Source of the DNA: Erysipelotrichaceae bacterium UBA2227
Lineage (GTDB): Bacteria; Bacillota_I; Bacilli_A; Erysipelotrichales; Erysipelotrichaceae
Reading direction: 5' to 3'
Length of the DNA: 64,000 nt
Assembly (NCBI GenBank): GCA_002348095.1
Contig: DDYT01000065.1
Span: forward strand, 91,526 to 155,525
Position numbers and translations under genes: made by a program. Below are positions 44,351 through 54,186 of the stretch, piece by piece. Within the stretch, counting starts at the first letter, position 1, and each line of letters begins with the position of its first letter. The notes beneath the pieces were generated by a model. The model saw only the letters and a list, made by a program, of their open reading frames with translations. It was not told the DNA's origin and searched no databases.

Positions 44351-45060
44351 CAAGGATACGTCTTCTGATCGGAGATGAAAAAACGGATATTATTGCGAAA
44401 AAATCTGTCATGGTCGTTGGTCTGGGCGGTGTCGGCGCAATCGCTGCAGAGTCGTTGGCTCGTTTTGGCATAGGAAAGATCATATTGGTCGATCATGATA
44501 AGGTCGTCATGAGCAATCTGAACCGTCAAATTCATGCAACAACGGGTACTGTCGGGTTAACAAAAGTCAAGGCAATGATGGCGCGGATTTTATCGATTAA
44601 GCCGGACTGCGAACTTATAACTTATGAATGTTTTGTTTCAAAAGATAAGATTCCGGATTTGTTTTCCAGTAAAGTCGATTTTGTGATCGATGCTATCGAT
44701 ACAGTCAGCAGCAAGTGTGATTTGATTGAATATTGTCAGCATCATGAAATCCAGGTAATCAGTAGTCTGGGTATGGGGAATCGGATGGATCCGACTCAGA
44801 TTAGAATTGTCAGACTAAAAGACACTTATGAAGATCCTCTTGCGAAAGTAGTGCGTTATCAGATACGGAAGCGTGGTCTTAGTGATAAAATGAATGTAGT
44901 TTTCTCACTAGAGAAACCAATCAAGCAGACGGCAGAGTTAAATGACAGCGATATCCGAAAAGAGCGGATGCCACCTGCCAGCTCTCCGTTTGTCCCTAAT
45001 GCGGCAGGTCTTGCCTGTGCATCATGGGCCATTCAGAAATTATTGGAGGAAGAAGAATGA
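44335..45060 (+). CDS. tcdA: tRNA threonylcarbamoyladenosine dehydratase (ThiF family)
   Basis: GLGGVG, SNLNRQ, IDAIDT and DPLAKVVR. Confidence 0.85.
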   Translation: MDESLARIRLLIGDEKTDIIAKKSVMVVGLGGVGAIAAESLARFGIGKIILVDHDKVVMSNLNRQIHATTGTVGLTKVKAMMARILSIKPDCELITYECFVSKDKIPDLFSSKVDFVIDAIDTVSSKCDLIEYCQHHEIQVISSLGMGNRMDPTQIRIVRLKDTYEDPLAKVVRYQIRKRGLSDKMNVVFSLEKPIKQTAELNDSDIRKERMPPASSPFVPNAAGLACASWAIQKLLEEEE

Positions 45061-45563
45061 AAGAAATCGTTTTAGCAGGTGGATGTTTCTGGGGAGTTCA
45101 GGAGTATTACCGACGTACAAAAGGCATTATTGAAAGCAAGGTCGGATATGCTCAAGGGACTATGGAAAATCCCAGTTATCAACTGGTATGTACAGGGCTC
45201 ACGCACCATGCGGAGGTCGTTTATCTAAAATATGATGAAAACGTGATTTCCTTGCCTAAAGTACTGGAGCACCTTTTCAGAATGATCGATCCAACATCAT
45301 TGAATAAACAAGGCAATGACATTGGAACTCAATATCGCACAGGTGTTTATTTTATTGACGATGCGGATGAAACAATCATTAGGGATTACATTATTCAGCA
45401 ACAGCCGAAATATAAAAAGCCGATTGTTGTCGAGGTGTCGAAACTGAAGAAATTCTACCATGCTGAAGACTATCATCAGTTATATTTGGTCAAAAATCCA
45501 ACGGGGTACTGTCATATCAATATGGGTTTGTTGAAACCCGAAGAACGAAAAGATGTATTTTAA
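45057..45563 (+). CDS. msrA: Peptide-methionine (S)-S-oxide reductase
   Basis: [19 protein letters not shown] and AEDYHQLYL...GYCH. Start at ATG 45057. Confidence 0.95.
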   Translation: MKEIVLAGGCFWGVQEYYRRTKGIIESKVGYAQGTMENPSYQLVCTGLTHHAEVVYLKYDENVISLPKVLEHLFRMIDPTSLNKQGNDIGTQYRTGVYFIDDADETIIRDYIIQQQPKYKKPIVVEVSKLKKFYHAEDYHQLYLVKNPTGYCHINMGLLKPEERKDVF

Positions 45564-45584
45564 CAGCGAAAGCTGTTTTTTTTT
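45562..45584 (+). terminator. Intrinsic terminator after msrA
   Basis: AACAGC-GAAA-GCTGTT with a long U-run. Confidence 0.78.
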
Positions 45585-45625
45585 GGAAAACACCGGGTAT
45601 CACAGTATATATTAAGGGTGATGTA

Positions 45626-46495
45626 ATGTTAACGGTTGAACAGCTGACCAAATTGTATGCAGAGAACAGCGGTTGTCAGAATGTATCATTAATATGTAAA
45701 AAAGGGGAGATTCACGGAATTCTGGGTAGAAACGGAAGTGGTAAGACGACGTTGTTTCGGTGCTTACTCGGATTGATCATGGCAGATAGAGGGCATATAA
45801 AGATAGAAAGCGCTCAAGAACGTATTCGAAGATTTGGCTATCTTCCCGAAGAGAGAAGTGTGATTGCCGATATCCGGGTAACAGAGATGATTGACTTTTT
45901 TGGGTCATTAAAGAAGATGAGCAGAGAAGAAATTGCAGTGGAAAAGCGATCTTGGTTGAAAAAGCTTGAGTGCGAAACATTAGAGTTTAAGCGGCTCAGA
46001 GAATGTTCTAAAGGCAATCAGCAGAAAATACAGTTGATTTGTGCAATGATCCATCAACCGGACATTCTTATTCTCGATGAGCCTTTAACAGGTTTGGATG
46101 TATCCAACGTTAAGCTGTTTAAGAAAATCATTGTCGAGTATGCGCGAATGGAAAAGGCCGTCCTTCTTTCCAGTCATCAATATGAAGAAATTGAGCCGAT
46201 ATGCGATTATCTGACAGTGCTAGAGAAGTCGAATGTTATCATTCAAGGGAAACTTAGTGATATCAAGAGAAACCATCCCATTAAGACCGTCTCGATAAGC
46301 GAAGATGCTCACATGATTTATGCATTACAAAAGGGGATCATCGATATCCGACAAGAAGGAAATACAACGAAATATGTTTGTAAAAGTGAAGCTGATGCAT
46401 ACAATATCGCATCTTTAGCTTTAAAAAACAGGGAGGGCAGAACGATTAAGGTCGAATCGCTTACGTTGAAAGATATGGTGGGTGATCAGCAATGA
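45626..46495 (+). CDS. ABC-2 type exporter ATP-binding protein
   Basis: GRNGSGKTT, GYLPEER, SKGNQQK, LDEP and SSH. Confidence 0.92.
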   Translation: MLTVEQLTKLYAENSGCQNVSLICKKGEIHGILGRNGSGKTTLFRCLLGLIMADRGHIKIESAQERIRRFGYLPEERSVIADIRVTEMIDFFGSLKKMSREEIAVEKRSWLKKLECETLEFKRLRECSKGNQQKIQLICAMIHQPDILILDEPLTGLDVSNVKLFKKIIVEYARMEKAVLLSSHQYEEIEPICDYLTVLEKSNVIIQGKLSDIKRNHPIKTVSISEDAHMIYALQKGIIDIRQEGNTTKYVCKSEADAYNIASLALKNREGRTIKVESLTLKDMVGDQQ

Positions 46496-47679
46496 AGGCA
46501 CTGATTAGGTTTTCACTCAATCGGAGATTGAACAACCCTGTCTCCATGATGCTTTATGCATTTTCTTTTGCTTTGATTGCCATTCTTTTGTTTGCTGATG
46601 TGATTTTGAATAGTTTTGCTCCAGCTCTTGTAAATCCCCGTGCGATCTATATGAATACTGAGATGTTTGCTGTTCTCGGTGATCATCTGCCTACACATTT
46701 GGTTTACCAGAAGGATAAGAAACTTGCGGATATAACTATTGAGGTTAGAACAGATGGATATGTGGTTGAAGGTATACTTGATTATAATGAAAAGCAAATC
46801 ATTGATCAGCTCATTCACGGTTATCATCGAATCATTCAAATGGAAAGACTGCCGGACTACTTGATTTCTGTTGTCGATCAGGTGTTAATAGCTGATATTG
46901 CCTGGCAAGATTTGGAGGAATCAAAAACGAATCATCTGGGGTTTGTTGTAATAACATCGATCTATTTTATGTTGCTTAGTTTTTCGACAGCAGTGGCAAA
47001 TGAAGTTGTTAATGAGAAAACATCAAACGTCATTGAGGTGATCTTGACCTCCGTAAGCCATAAGCATCATTACTATAGCAAATTGCTGATTGGATGGTTA
47101 ACCATGGTGACACAACTTTTTATTCATGGTTTTGGTTTCGTTTTTTGGCTGATGGTTCGTACGGTGTATGATCAAGGATTCGGACTGCTGGAAATGGTTT
47201 ATCGCTGGGGCTGGTTGCAGGAAAGGGTTTTATCATTTGGTAGTTTGTTGTCTTCACTAAATGTCACAATATCACAAGGAATAAACGTGCTTTTGTGTGC
47301 GACATTTTTGATGCTTGGCATATTATTGGTTCAGTTGCTCATGGTACTGATATCTATCCATATAAACAGCATTGAAGAGGCCGCAGCAATACAAGGTCCT
47401 TTCTATTTGGGTATGCTTGTCATTTACTACATGGCCATTTTTATTAACTCGTCACAACAGTTGAATCAGGGAATCGGCTATGCACTTTCCTTTGTTCCGG
47501 TATTTTCAATGCTCTTTATGCCTTCTCGTCTTTTATCGGTAAATGTATTGACTTCTGAGCTTTTGCTGAGTTTGTTTATTGCTTTGGTCATGCTGATCTT
47601 TTGCGTTGTTATCGGACAAGAACACTACAAAAGGAACCTCCTTAAAGGAAGCTCAAAAAGTTCGTATGTGAAAAAATAA
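46492..47679 (+). CDS. ABC-2 type exporter permease (NatB/YhaP-like)
   Basis: Multi-helix protein with EKTSNVIEVILTSV; translationally coupled to the ATPase. Confidence 0.85.
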   Translation: MKALIRFSLNRRLNNPVSMMLYAFSFALIAILLFADVILNSFAPALVNPRAIYMNTEMFAVLGDHLPTHLVYQKDKKLADITIEVRTDGYVVEGILDYNEKQIIDQLIHGYHRIIQMERLPDYLISVVDQVLIADIAWQDLEESKTNHLGFVVITSIYFMLLSFSTAVANEVVNEKTSNVIEVILTSVSHKHHYYSKLLIGWLTMVTQLFIHGFGFVFWLMVRTVYDQGFGLLEMVYRWGWLQERVLSFGSLLSSLNVTISQGINVLLCATFLMLGILLVQLLMVLISIHINSIEEAAAIQGPFYLGMLVIYYMAIFINSSQQLNQGIGYALSFVPVFSMLFMPSRLLSVNVLTSELLLSLFIALVMLIFCVVIGQEHYKRNLLKGSSKSSYVKK

Positions 47680-47726
47680 ATGAAATGTAAACAATATATT
47701 TATTATTTCACAAGATAACTGAAAAT

Positions 47727-47744
47727 TTGTGAAATGTATGACAA
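47727..47744. promoter_or_regulatory. Putative Rex operator
   Basis: TTGTGAA-ATGT-ATGACAA against consensus TTGTGAA-N4-TTCACAA (2 mismatches); an extra TTCACAA half-site at 47707. Confidence 0.55.
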
Positions 47745-47760
47745 ATATTGAACGTACACG

Positions 47761-47789
47761 TTGACACTTGTTTTAATTATCGATATAAT
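47761..47789 (+). promoter_or_regulatory. Consensus SigA promoter of the lipoprotein gene
   Basis: TTGACA-17 nt-TATAAT, then RBS AAGGAGG. Confidence 0.88.
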
Positions 47790-47813
47790 TCACATTGCAA
47801 GGAGGAAATTTAG

Positions 47814-48800
47814 ATGAAGAAATTATTATTACTTGCCATTGTTGCATTAACTGTTATGGCTGGATGCACAAAGGCAAACCCTGTTTACAAAGTCGGTGTT
47901 GGTAGCGTTACAACGATCCAACCGCGCGCAGCTGTTGCTGAAACTGCTGGACGTATTCGTGTTAACACAACCTATGCTACAGTTGTTCTTGACAAGGACG
48001 GCAAATTCGTTTCTGTTTCTATCGATGTATCTCAACAAGATGGTACATTTGATGTTGCCGGTGCTATCGTAGCTGCAAATGCTGCTCAAACCAAAAAGGA
48101 AAAAGGCGCTGCTTACGGTATGAAAGGCAGTTCTGCTATCGGTAAAGAATGGGATGAGCAAATTGCTGCTTTAGAAGCTTGGATGGTAGGCAAAACATTG
48201 GCTGAAGTCAAAGCATTGCCCTTAACCGAAGGCAAGATCAAAGATGGCGAAGATTTGAAATCTTCCGTAACCATTACGGTTACTGATTACTTGGCTGCTG
48301 TTGAAAAAGCTGTTGCTAATGCAGTTGAATTACAAAACGTTGCAAAAGTTGGTGGAGCTTCCTTTACGACAATCCAACCGCGCGCAGCTGTTGCTGAAAC
48401 TGCTGGACGTATCCGTGTTAACGTAACTTTCGCAGCTGTTGCATTGGATAAAGACGGCAAAGTAGTTGCTACGATGATTGACGTTGCTCAAAATGACGGT
48501 ACATTCGATGTTGCCGGTGCAATTGTTGCTGCTGCCCCTGCTGCTACTAAGAAAGAAAAAGGCGCAGCTTACGGAATGAAAGGCAGTTCTGCAATCGGTA
48601 AAGAATGGAACGAACAAATCGCTGCATTGGAAGCTTGGGCCGCTGGTAAAACATTGGCTGAAGTCAAAGCATTGCCGTTAACCGAAGGCAAGATCAAAGA
48701 TGGCGAAGATTTGAAATCTTCAGTAACTGTTACTGTAACAGATTACTTGGCTGCATTTGAAAAAGCTGTTGCTGCTGCTAAAGACTTAGCTGCTAAATAG
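47814..48800 (+). CDS. Lipoprotein with two tandem FMN-bind-like domains
   Basis: Signal peptide with lipobox MAG-C18; two 152-aa repeats, each containing KKEKGAAYGM...KEW.EQI..LE.W..GKT and DLKSSVT. Confidence 0.7.
   Translation: MKKLLLLAIVALTVMAGCTKANPVYKVGVGSVTTIQPRAAVAETAGRIRVNTTYATVVLDKDGKFVSVSIDVSQQDGTFDVAGAIVAANAAQTKKEKGAAYGMKGSSAIGKEWDEQIAALEAWMVGKTLAEVKALPLTEGKIKDGEDLKSSVTITVTDYLAAVEKAVANAVELQNVAKVGGASFTTIQPRAAVAETAGRIRVNVTFAAVALDKDGKVVATMIDVAQNDGTFDVAGAIVAAAPAATKKEKGAAYGMKGSSAIGKEWNEQIAALEAWAAGKTLAEVKALPLTEGKIKDGEDLKSSVTVTVTDYLAAFEKAVAAAKDLAAK
47916..48772 (+). repeat. Intragenic direct repeat, period 456 bp
   Basis: ATCCAACCGCGCGCAGCTGTTGCTGAAACTGCTGGACGTAT occurs at 47916 and 48372, with further long near-identical blocks at the same offset. 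Confidence 0.92.
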
Positions 48801-48807
48801 TTCGCAT

Positions 48808-48835
48808 AAAAGGAGAGAATCATCTCTCCTTTTTT
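48808..48835. terminator. Bidirectional terminator (lipoprotein / rarA)
   Basis: AAAAGGAGAGA/TCTCTCCTTTTTT inverted repeat. Confidence 0.8.
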
Positions 48836-50082
48836 AGTGCCCGAATATTATGGCTCCTTTTCTTCTTTCTCAACTCATCAAGATTCTTGCTTAGTATTGC
48901 CTCATATGGACCGGATGATCCTGGGGTATAGAACTGCTCGTCTTTAATTCTTTCGGGTAGGTATGCAAGTTTAGGCCAGACATCCGGACGATCGTACGGA
49001 TAGCGTTCTTCATCACTGAGATCGACGGGGGTCAGTCGAAGGTATTTCGGGATTTGATGGTTTTCTTGATCAATCAAAGTTAAGGCGGTATCAATTGCAT
49101 GGATGCCGCTTTTTGACTTTGGTGACAGACATAAATCAATGACCGCAACACTTAACGGTATTCTAGCTTCAGGAAATCCGACTCTTCGAGCAGTATCGCA
49201 AGCAGCAATCGTTCGTGCAACCACCGCAGGATTCGCTAATCCGATATCCTCGTAGGCAGTTACCAACAATCGACGCTCAATCGAATCAATATCATTTGCC
49301 TGGATCAATCGTGCCAAATAGTATATAGCCCCATCAACATCGCTCCCACGGATCGATTTCTGAAATCCGGAAAGTAAATCGTAGTAGCCATCACCACTAT
49401 CTTCAGTATGACTTGATACGATCCGGACATACTGTTTGACAACAGAAAGAGTGATGTGATGATCACTTACTGATGTCGCAGAGATTTCAAGCACATTTAA
49501 TGCATATCGGATATCTCCGTTGCACGCCTTTACAATCGCATCAGCCGCATCATCATCCAGTTTATAAGTATGTTCGAAACCTTGGGGATGATTGAGTGCC
49601 CGATACAATGCGCCCTTGCACTGCGTTTCGGACAATGGATAAAACTCGAAAATATGACAGCGTGAACGAATAGCGGCATTGATGGCAAAGTAAGGATTAG
49701 CTGTTGTAGCGCCAATTAGCGTGATCAACCCATCTTCAATATGAGGAAGAAGATGATCTTGCTTGTCACGGTTTAAACGATGAACTTCATCCATGATAAG
49801 AACCAAGCCATCAGTAAGTTTCGCTTCTGCAAAAATCTGATCCAACTCCTTTTTATTGCCGGTGACCGCATTAAACATCCGAAACGGAAGTTTCAGCTGT
49901 TTTGCCATCGCAATGGCAACACTTGTTTTGCCGGTTCCTGGCGGTCCGAAAAAAATCATGGAGAACAATTGAGATGATTCGATACATTTGCGAAGTACTC
50001 CATCATCTTTTACAAGATGGTCTTGCCCAATGATATCGTCAAGATGATTTGGTCGAATCCTGAATGCTAAGGGTTGTTTCAT
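48820..50082 (-). CDS. rarA: Replication-associated recombination protein A
   Basis: PLAFRIRP, FFGPPGTGKT, DEVHRL, GATTANPYF, KSIRGSD and EDIGLANP. Confidence 0.94.
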   Translation of the reverse strand: MKQPLAFRIRPNHLDDIIGQDHLVKDDGVLRKCIESSQLFSMIFFGPPGTGKTSVAIAMAKQLKLPFRMFNAVTGNKKELDQIFAEAKLTDGLVLIMDEVHRLNRDKQDHLLPHIEDGLITLIGATTANPYFAINAAIRSRCHIFEFYPLSETQCKGALYRALNHPQGFEHTYKLDDDAADAIVKACNGDIRYALNVLEISATSVSDHHITLSVVKQYVRIVSSHTEDSGDGYYDLLSGFQKSIRGSDVDGAIYYLARLIQANDIDSIERRLLVTAYEDIGLANPAVVARTIAACDTARRVGFPEARIPLSVAVIDLCLSPKSKSGIHAIDTALTLIDQENHQIPKYLRLTPVDLSDEERYPYDRPDVWPKLAYLPERIKDEQFYTPGSSGPYEAILSKNLDELRKKKRSHNIRALKKER

Positions 50083-50159
50083 TAAAATCACTCCTATAAG
50101 TATTTTAACAGAAGCAAAAAGATAGTAAAATGAAGATACGGAAATTAAAGAGGTATATC

Positions 50160-50600
50160 ATGCAGATCGTATTACAACGTGTCAAAAGCGCGAGTGTCAA
50201 GGTTGATGATCAGATTGTCGGATCCATCGAGACTGGTTATCTTCTGCTTGTCGGTGTTGAAACTACCGACACGGAAGAAATCATTGAGAAGAACGCCCGC
50301 AAGATTGCCGGTTTACGTATCTTTGAAGATGAACAAGGGAAAATGAATCTGAATATATTACAAACAGGGGGATCGATCCTGAGTGTTTCTCAGTTCACAT
50401 TATGCGCAAACATGGAAAAGGGAAATCGGCCGGGTTTTGATCGGGCAGCACAACCTTCGCAAGCAATTCCGTTGTTTGATTTGTTCAATCAACGGTTGAG
50501 GGAGCAAGGCATTACTGTTGAAACAGGTATATTTAAGGCTTACATGGAAGTTTCGTTGGTTAATGACGGCCCTGTGACTTTCGTGATCAACCATTCTTAG
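50160..50600 (+). CDS. dtd: D-aminoacyl-tRNA deacylase
   Basis: VLQRV, RIFED, SQFTL and NDGPVT. Confidence 0.95.
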   Translation: MQIVLQRVKSASVKVDDQIVGSIETGYLLLVGVETTDTEEIIEKNARKIAGLRIFEDEQGKMNLNILQTGGSILSVSQFTLCANMEKGNRPGFDRAAQPSQAIPLFDLFNQRLREQGITVETGIFKAYMEVSLVNDGPVTFVINHS

Positions 50601-50610
50601 GAGGAACAAG

Positions 50611-51456
50611 ATGGCAGAAATACTTGATGGCAAGTGGTTATCGTCCACGATCAGAGAAGAAATCAAAGAAAAAGTTAAGAAGTTGAAAGGTAAACGATTA
50701 CCTAAGCTGGTAGTCGTGTTGGTAGGTGATGATCCTGCATCGCATACGTATGTCAATGCGAAGGAAAAAGCATGCAAAGAAGCAGGTTTTGTTTCCCAGG
50801 TTCATCGATTAAATGCAGATATTACAAACGATGAACTTTTATCACTGATCAAACAGTTGAATGAAGATGTGTCAGTAGACGGTATTTTGGTTCAAATGCC
50901 GATACCCAAACATTTGGATAGCAAAGCAGTTATCTTAACCATCGATCCAGGCAAGGATGTGGATGGATTTCATCCCATTAATGTGGGAAAGTTGCACAGC
51001 AATGAAAAGACATTTGTACCATGCACGCCTTTGGGAGTAATGAAATTGCTGGAAGCATACAACATTGATGTAACCGGAATGAATACGGTCGTTTTAGGTC
51101 GCAGTCACTTGGTTGGTCGTCCTGTAGCTCAACTTCTGGTCAATGCGAATGCAACGGTCACGATCTGTCATTCACGTTCGAAGCATATTGATGAGATTTG
51201 TCGCAGAGCCGATTTGGTTGTTGCCGCTGTCGGTGTACCGCACTTCGTTAAGAAAGATTGGATTAAAAAAGGAGCTGTCGTTGTCGATGTAGGTATTCAT
51301 CGGGATACCGAAGGCAAAATCATCGGTGATGTTGTATCGGAGGCAATGGAAGTAGCATCTTACATGACCCCGGTTCCCAAAGGTGTCGGTCCGATGACGA
51401 TTGCTATGTTACTATCCAATACATGGGATGCTTTTGAGCAACACACGAAAGGATGA
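50611..51456 (+). CDS. folD: Methylenetetrahydrofolate dehydrogenase/cyclohydrolase
   Basis: YVNAK, KDVDGFHP, PCTP, GRSHLVGRP and PVPKGVGPMT. Confidence 0.96.
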   Translation: MAEILDGKWLSSTIREEIKEKVKKLKGKRLPKLVVVLVGDDPASHTYVNAKEKACKEAGFVSQVHRLNADITNDELLSLIKQLNEDVSVDGILVQMPIPKHLDSKAVILTIDPGKDVDGFHPINVGKLHSNEKTFVPCTPLGVMKLLEAYNIDVTGMNTVVLGRSHLVGRPVAQLLVNANATVTICHSRSKHIDEICRRADLVVAAVGVPHFVKKDWIKKGAVVVDVGIHRDTEGKIIGDVVSEAMEVASYMTPVPKGVGPMTIAMLLSNTWDAFEQHTKG

Positions 51457-51668
51457 AGCTGATGATAGAATACGATATTGACGATATTATCGAGATGAAA
51501 AAAGAACATCCGTGCTATAAATCGAAACAGTGGAAAATCATTCGAATGGGAGCGGATATCAAAATTAAGTGTCTCGGTTGCGGTGCTGCAGTCATGTTTG
51601 ATCGCAGTGATTTTGAGAAGAAACTGAAAAAGGTTATAAAAAGAGCGTCAACAGAAAGCAATGATTGA
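51453..51668 (+). CDS. DUF951 family protein
   Basis: MKKEHPC...WKIIRMGADIKIKCLGCG; typical ychF neighbour. Confidence 0.88.
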   Translation: MKLMIEYDIDDIIEMKKEHPCYKSKQWKIIRMGADIKIKCLGCGAAVMFDRSDFEKKLKKVIKRASTESND

Positions 51669-51720
51669 AGTTTGCATGGTAATTGTGTAAACTATAGTGG
51701 TTGTTTGAAAGGATGATCTT

Positions 51721-52821
51721 ATGCCTCTAACTGCCGGAATCGTCGGATTACCGAATGTCGGTAAATCCACCTTGTTTAATGCTATTACTCAATCTCAAGT
51801 CGAAGCAGCCAACTACCCCTTTGCGACCATTGCGCCGAACGTCGGTGTCGTTGAAGTACCGGATGACCGATTGGATTTTTTGGCTAAGCATTTTAATCCC
51901 AAAAAGATGATTCATACAACTTTTGAATTTACGGATATTGCCGGTCTGGTCAAAGGAGCCTCAAAGGGTGAAGGGCTGGGTAACCAGTTTCTTTCCCATA
52001 TTCGCGAAGTCGATGCTATTTGTCATGTTGTCCGCTGTTTTGAAGACGATCAAATCATGCATGTTGAAGGTAAGGTCGATGCGATTCGTGATATCGAAAT
52101 TATTCACATCGAATTGGCCTTGGCAGATTTGTCAACAGTTGAAAACCGTATTGGCAAAGTCGAAAGAAAAGCGAAGACCAATGACAAAGAAGCCATCATG
52201 GAGCTCGCTTTATTGAAACGATTGCAGCAATTGCTTCTGAATGGTCAGATGGCAAGAAGTATGGACATGACCGCAGAAGAAGCGCAGATCTTGAAGAGTT
52301 TTCACTTACTGACTGCGAAACCGGTCATCTATATTGCGAATATGTCTGATGAAGATGTTATCCGACCGGACTCAAATGAGCAGTACCGCAAAGTCGTCGA
52401 ATATGCACAAGCTGAGAATAATCAAGTCATTCCCATTTGCGCAAAGATCGAAGAAGAGCTGGCAATGCTTGATAAAGACGAAAAGTTGGCTTTTCTTCAA
52501 GAGTTAGGTATCGAACAATCGGGATTGGATAAAATCATCTGGTCAGCATATAAACTTCTTGGCTTATGTACCTTCTTTACAGCCGGGCCACAGGAAGTCA
52601 GAGCTTGGACGTTTGTTCAAGGCACTAAAGCACCGGCGGCTGCCGGGATTATCCACTCTGATTTTCAACGGGGGTTCATCAAGGCCGAAACATATTCGTT
52701 CACTGATTTTGCGACTTACAAGCTGGAATCCGCACTAAAAGAAGCCGGGAAATTGCGTATTGAAGGTAAAGAATATATTGTTCAAGACGGAGATGTCCTT
52801 CATTTTCGGTTTAATGTCTGA
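51721..52821 (+). CDS. ychF: Ribosome-associated ATPase YchF
   Basis: [26 protein letters not shown] and a TGS domain ending FRFNV. Confidence 0.97.
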   Translation: MPLTAGIVGLPNVGKSTLFNAITQSQVEAANYPFATIAPNVGVVEVPDDRLDFLAKHFNPKKMIHTTFEFTDIAGLVKGASKGEGLGNQFLSHIREVDAICHVVRCFEDDQIMHVEGKVDAIRDIEIIHIELALADLSTVENRIGKVERKAKTNDKEAIMELALLKRLQQLLLNGQMARSMDMTAEEAQILKSFHLLTAKPVIYIANMSDEDVIRPDSNEQYRKVVEYAQAENNQVIPICAKIEEELAMLDKDEKLAFLQELGIEQSGLDKIIWSAYKLLGLCTFFTAGPQEVRAWTFVQGTKAPAAAGIIHSDFQRGFIKAETYSFTDFATYKLESALKEAGKLRIEGKEYIVQDGDVLHFRFNV

Positions 52822-52885
52822 TGTCAGTGGATGAAGTTTTCAAAAATCTGTGCTAAAATGGTAGTACAGACAAGGAGGAATAATC

Positions 52886-53209
52886 ATGAAATTAATCTTA
52901 GCGATCGTTTCCAATGATGACAGTTCAAGCGTTTCTGCAGCTTTAACCAAAGAAAACTATTCTGTAACCCGATTGGCTACGACCGGTGGATTTCTACGGT
53001 CGGGGAATACAACGATCATCGTAGGTACCGAGGATGACCGAGTGGAACATGCGATTGAACTGATTGGTAACGAAAGTAAGCGAAGAACGGAAATCGTACC
53101 CTCCACGGCATCGTATGATATCGGGCGATATGCTTCATTCCCTGTGGAAGTTCAGGTTGGAGGAGCGACGATTTTTGTCTTGGATATCGAACAGTTTGTT
53201 AAGTTATAA
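52886..53209 (+). CDS. darA: PII-like cyclic-di-AMP receptor (DarA/PstA/YaaQ)
   Basis: MKLILAIV, TRLATTGGFLRSGNTT and VQVGGATIFV. Confidence 0.9.
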   Translation: MKLILAIVSNDDSSSVSAALTKENYSVTRLATTGGFLRSGNTTIIVGTEDDRVEHAIELIGNESKRRTEIVPSTASYDIGRYASFPVEVQVGGATIFVLDIEQFVKL

Positions 53210-53214
53210 TAATT

Positions 53215-53249
53215 AAAGGCGAATCTTATCAAATTCGCCTTTCTTTTTT
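53215..53249. terminator. Terminator between darA and the convergent gene
   Basis: AAAGGCGAAT/ATTCGCCTTT stem with a U-run. Confidence 0.78.
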
Positions 53250-53254
53250 ACTGT

Positions 53255-54031
53255 TTACTTCATGAAATCGAGGATAGCTTCTTCGATTTCTTTTTCTTGG
53301 AGTTTTTCGAGCAATAACAACAGAAATTCACATCGCTTCTCTTCATTTGCCCCATAGTTATCGCGACCCGGGAAGGTATTATCCGCTTTTCCGGTGTAAT
53401 ACATGATATCACCATTATCAAGCAGAACGATCAGCCATCGAACACCGATATTGGTGATCATCAGTCCCATTAACTCGAGGGTATATCCTTTGTTTAAGAC
53501 ATAAAACTCGCTTTCATTGAGTAAAACTCCGTGGACAGACCGCAGCAAGTTAGCATTGGGGAATGTGTGATTAAAAATCCATCGAACTTTTGGAGCCCTG
53601 CGGAAGACAACTTCGAGGAATTTCTCGTTTCTCTCACTAAGAATACCATAATCACAGTGAGCTATCGCAGCAAATGGTAGATCATCGTCTTCTTTGAATG
53701 TGGATAATGAATCATTGACGGATAAAACGTATTCGTGTTCGTTTGTGCGAATGACAGTCTCACTGGTCAAAGGGACATCCATTTGTTTTGCGTAAACAAA
53801 ACACCCTTTTTCTTCAAGTTCATTCTGACAAGTCAAAGAGGGAAAATCATTGCCTAGTTTCGTCATCAGATGTGTCTGCCAATGACGTTCTAAAAAGAGA
53901 TTAACAAGAACGGATGTGGATCCGCCGATCTCATCAGAAACGATTGCTGACTGATAGGGAAGAAGGGTTGAGTGAGGCGTTGTAAAAATTTGCCTTTGAG
54001 CAAAAGTACCGAAAATTACAATGGATTTCAT
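53255..54031 (-). CDS. PfkB/ribokinase-fold protein with a degenerate active site
   Basis: IVIFG, IGG, TKLGND and LNESEF; DNYGANE replaces DTTGAGD. ATG at 54031 with RBS AAGGAGG. Confidence 0.6.
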   Translation of the reverse strand: MKSIVIFGTFAQRQIFTTPHSTLLPYQSAIVSDEIGGSTSVLVNLFLERHWQTHLMTKLGNDFPSLTCQNELEEKGCFVYAKQMDVPLTSETVIRTNEHEYVLSVNDSLSTFKEDDDLPFAAIAHCDYGILSERNEKFLEVVFRRAPKVRWIFNHTFPNANLLRSVHGVLLNESEFYVLNKGYTLELMGLMITNIGVRWLIVLLDNGDIMYYTGKADNTFPGRDNYGANEEKRCEFLLLLLEKLQEKEIEEAILDFMK

Positions 54032-54121
54032 AGGCGCCTCCTTGTAAATGTATGATAACATACCAAAAATCTTTTTTGTAAAAAATATGGAAAAATGTAA
54101 CCGCTGCCATAAAATATTAAG

Positions 54122-54173
54122 TTGAATCCCTTTTGCCGGTGTGATATAAATATATATGTGAAATAATTAACGA
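54122..54173 (+). promoter_or_regulatory. Hydrogenase operon promoter with a downstream Rex-like operator
   Basis: TTGAAT-17 nt-(TG)ATATAAA, then ATGTGAA-ATAA-TTAACGA at 54156-54173. Confidence 0.55.
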
Positions 54174-54186
54174 AAGGTTGAATACA

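Noticed and set aside
47916..48772. Direct repeats considered as a CRISPR array, DGR template/variable pair or IS ends
   Set aside because: There are only two in-frame copies within one CDS, with no spacers and no cas, reverse transcriptase or transposase gene in the window.
54042..54058. TTGTAAATGTATGATAA, similar to the Rex-like site at 47727
   Set aside because: Spacing is one base short, and the sequence is explained by the -10 box and RBS of the minus-strand PfkB-like gene.
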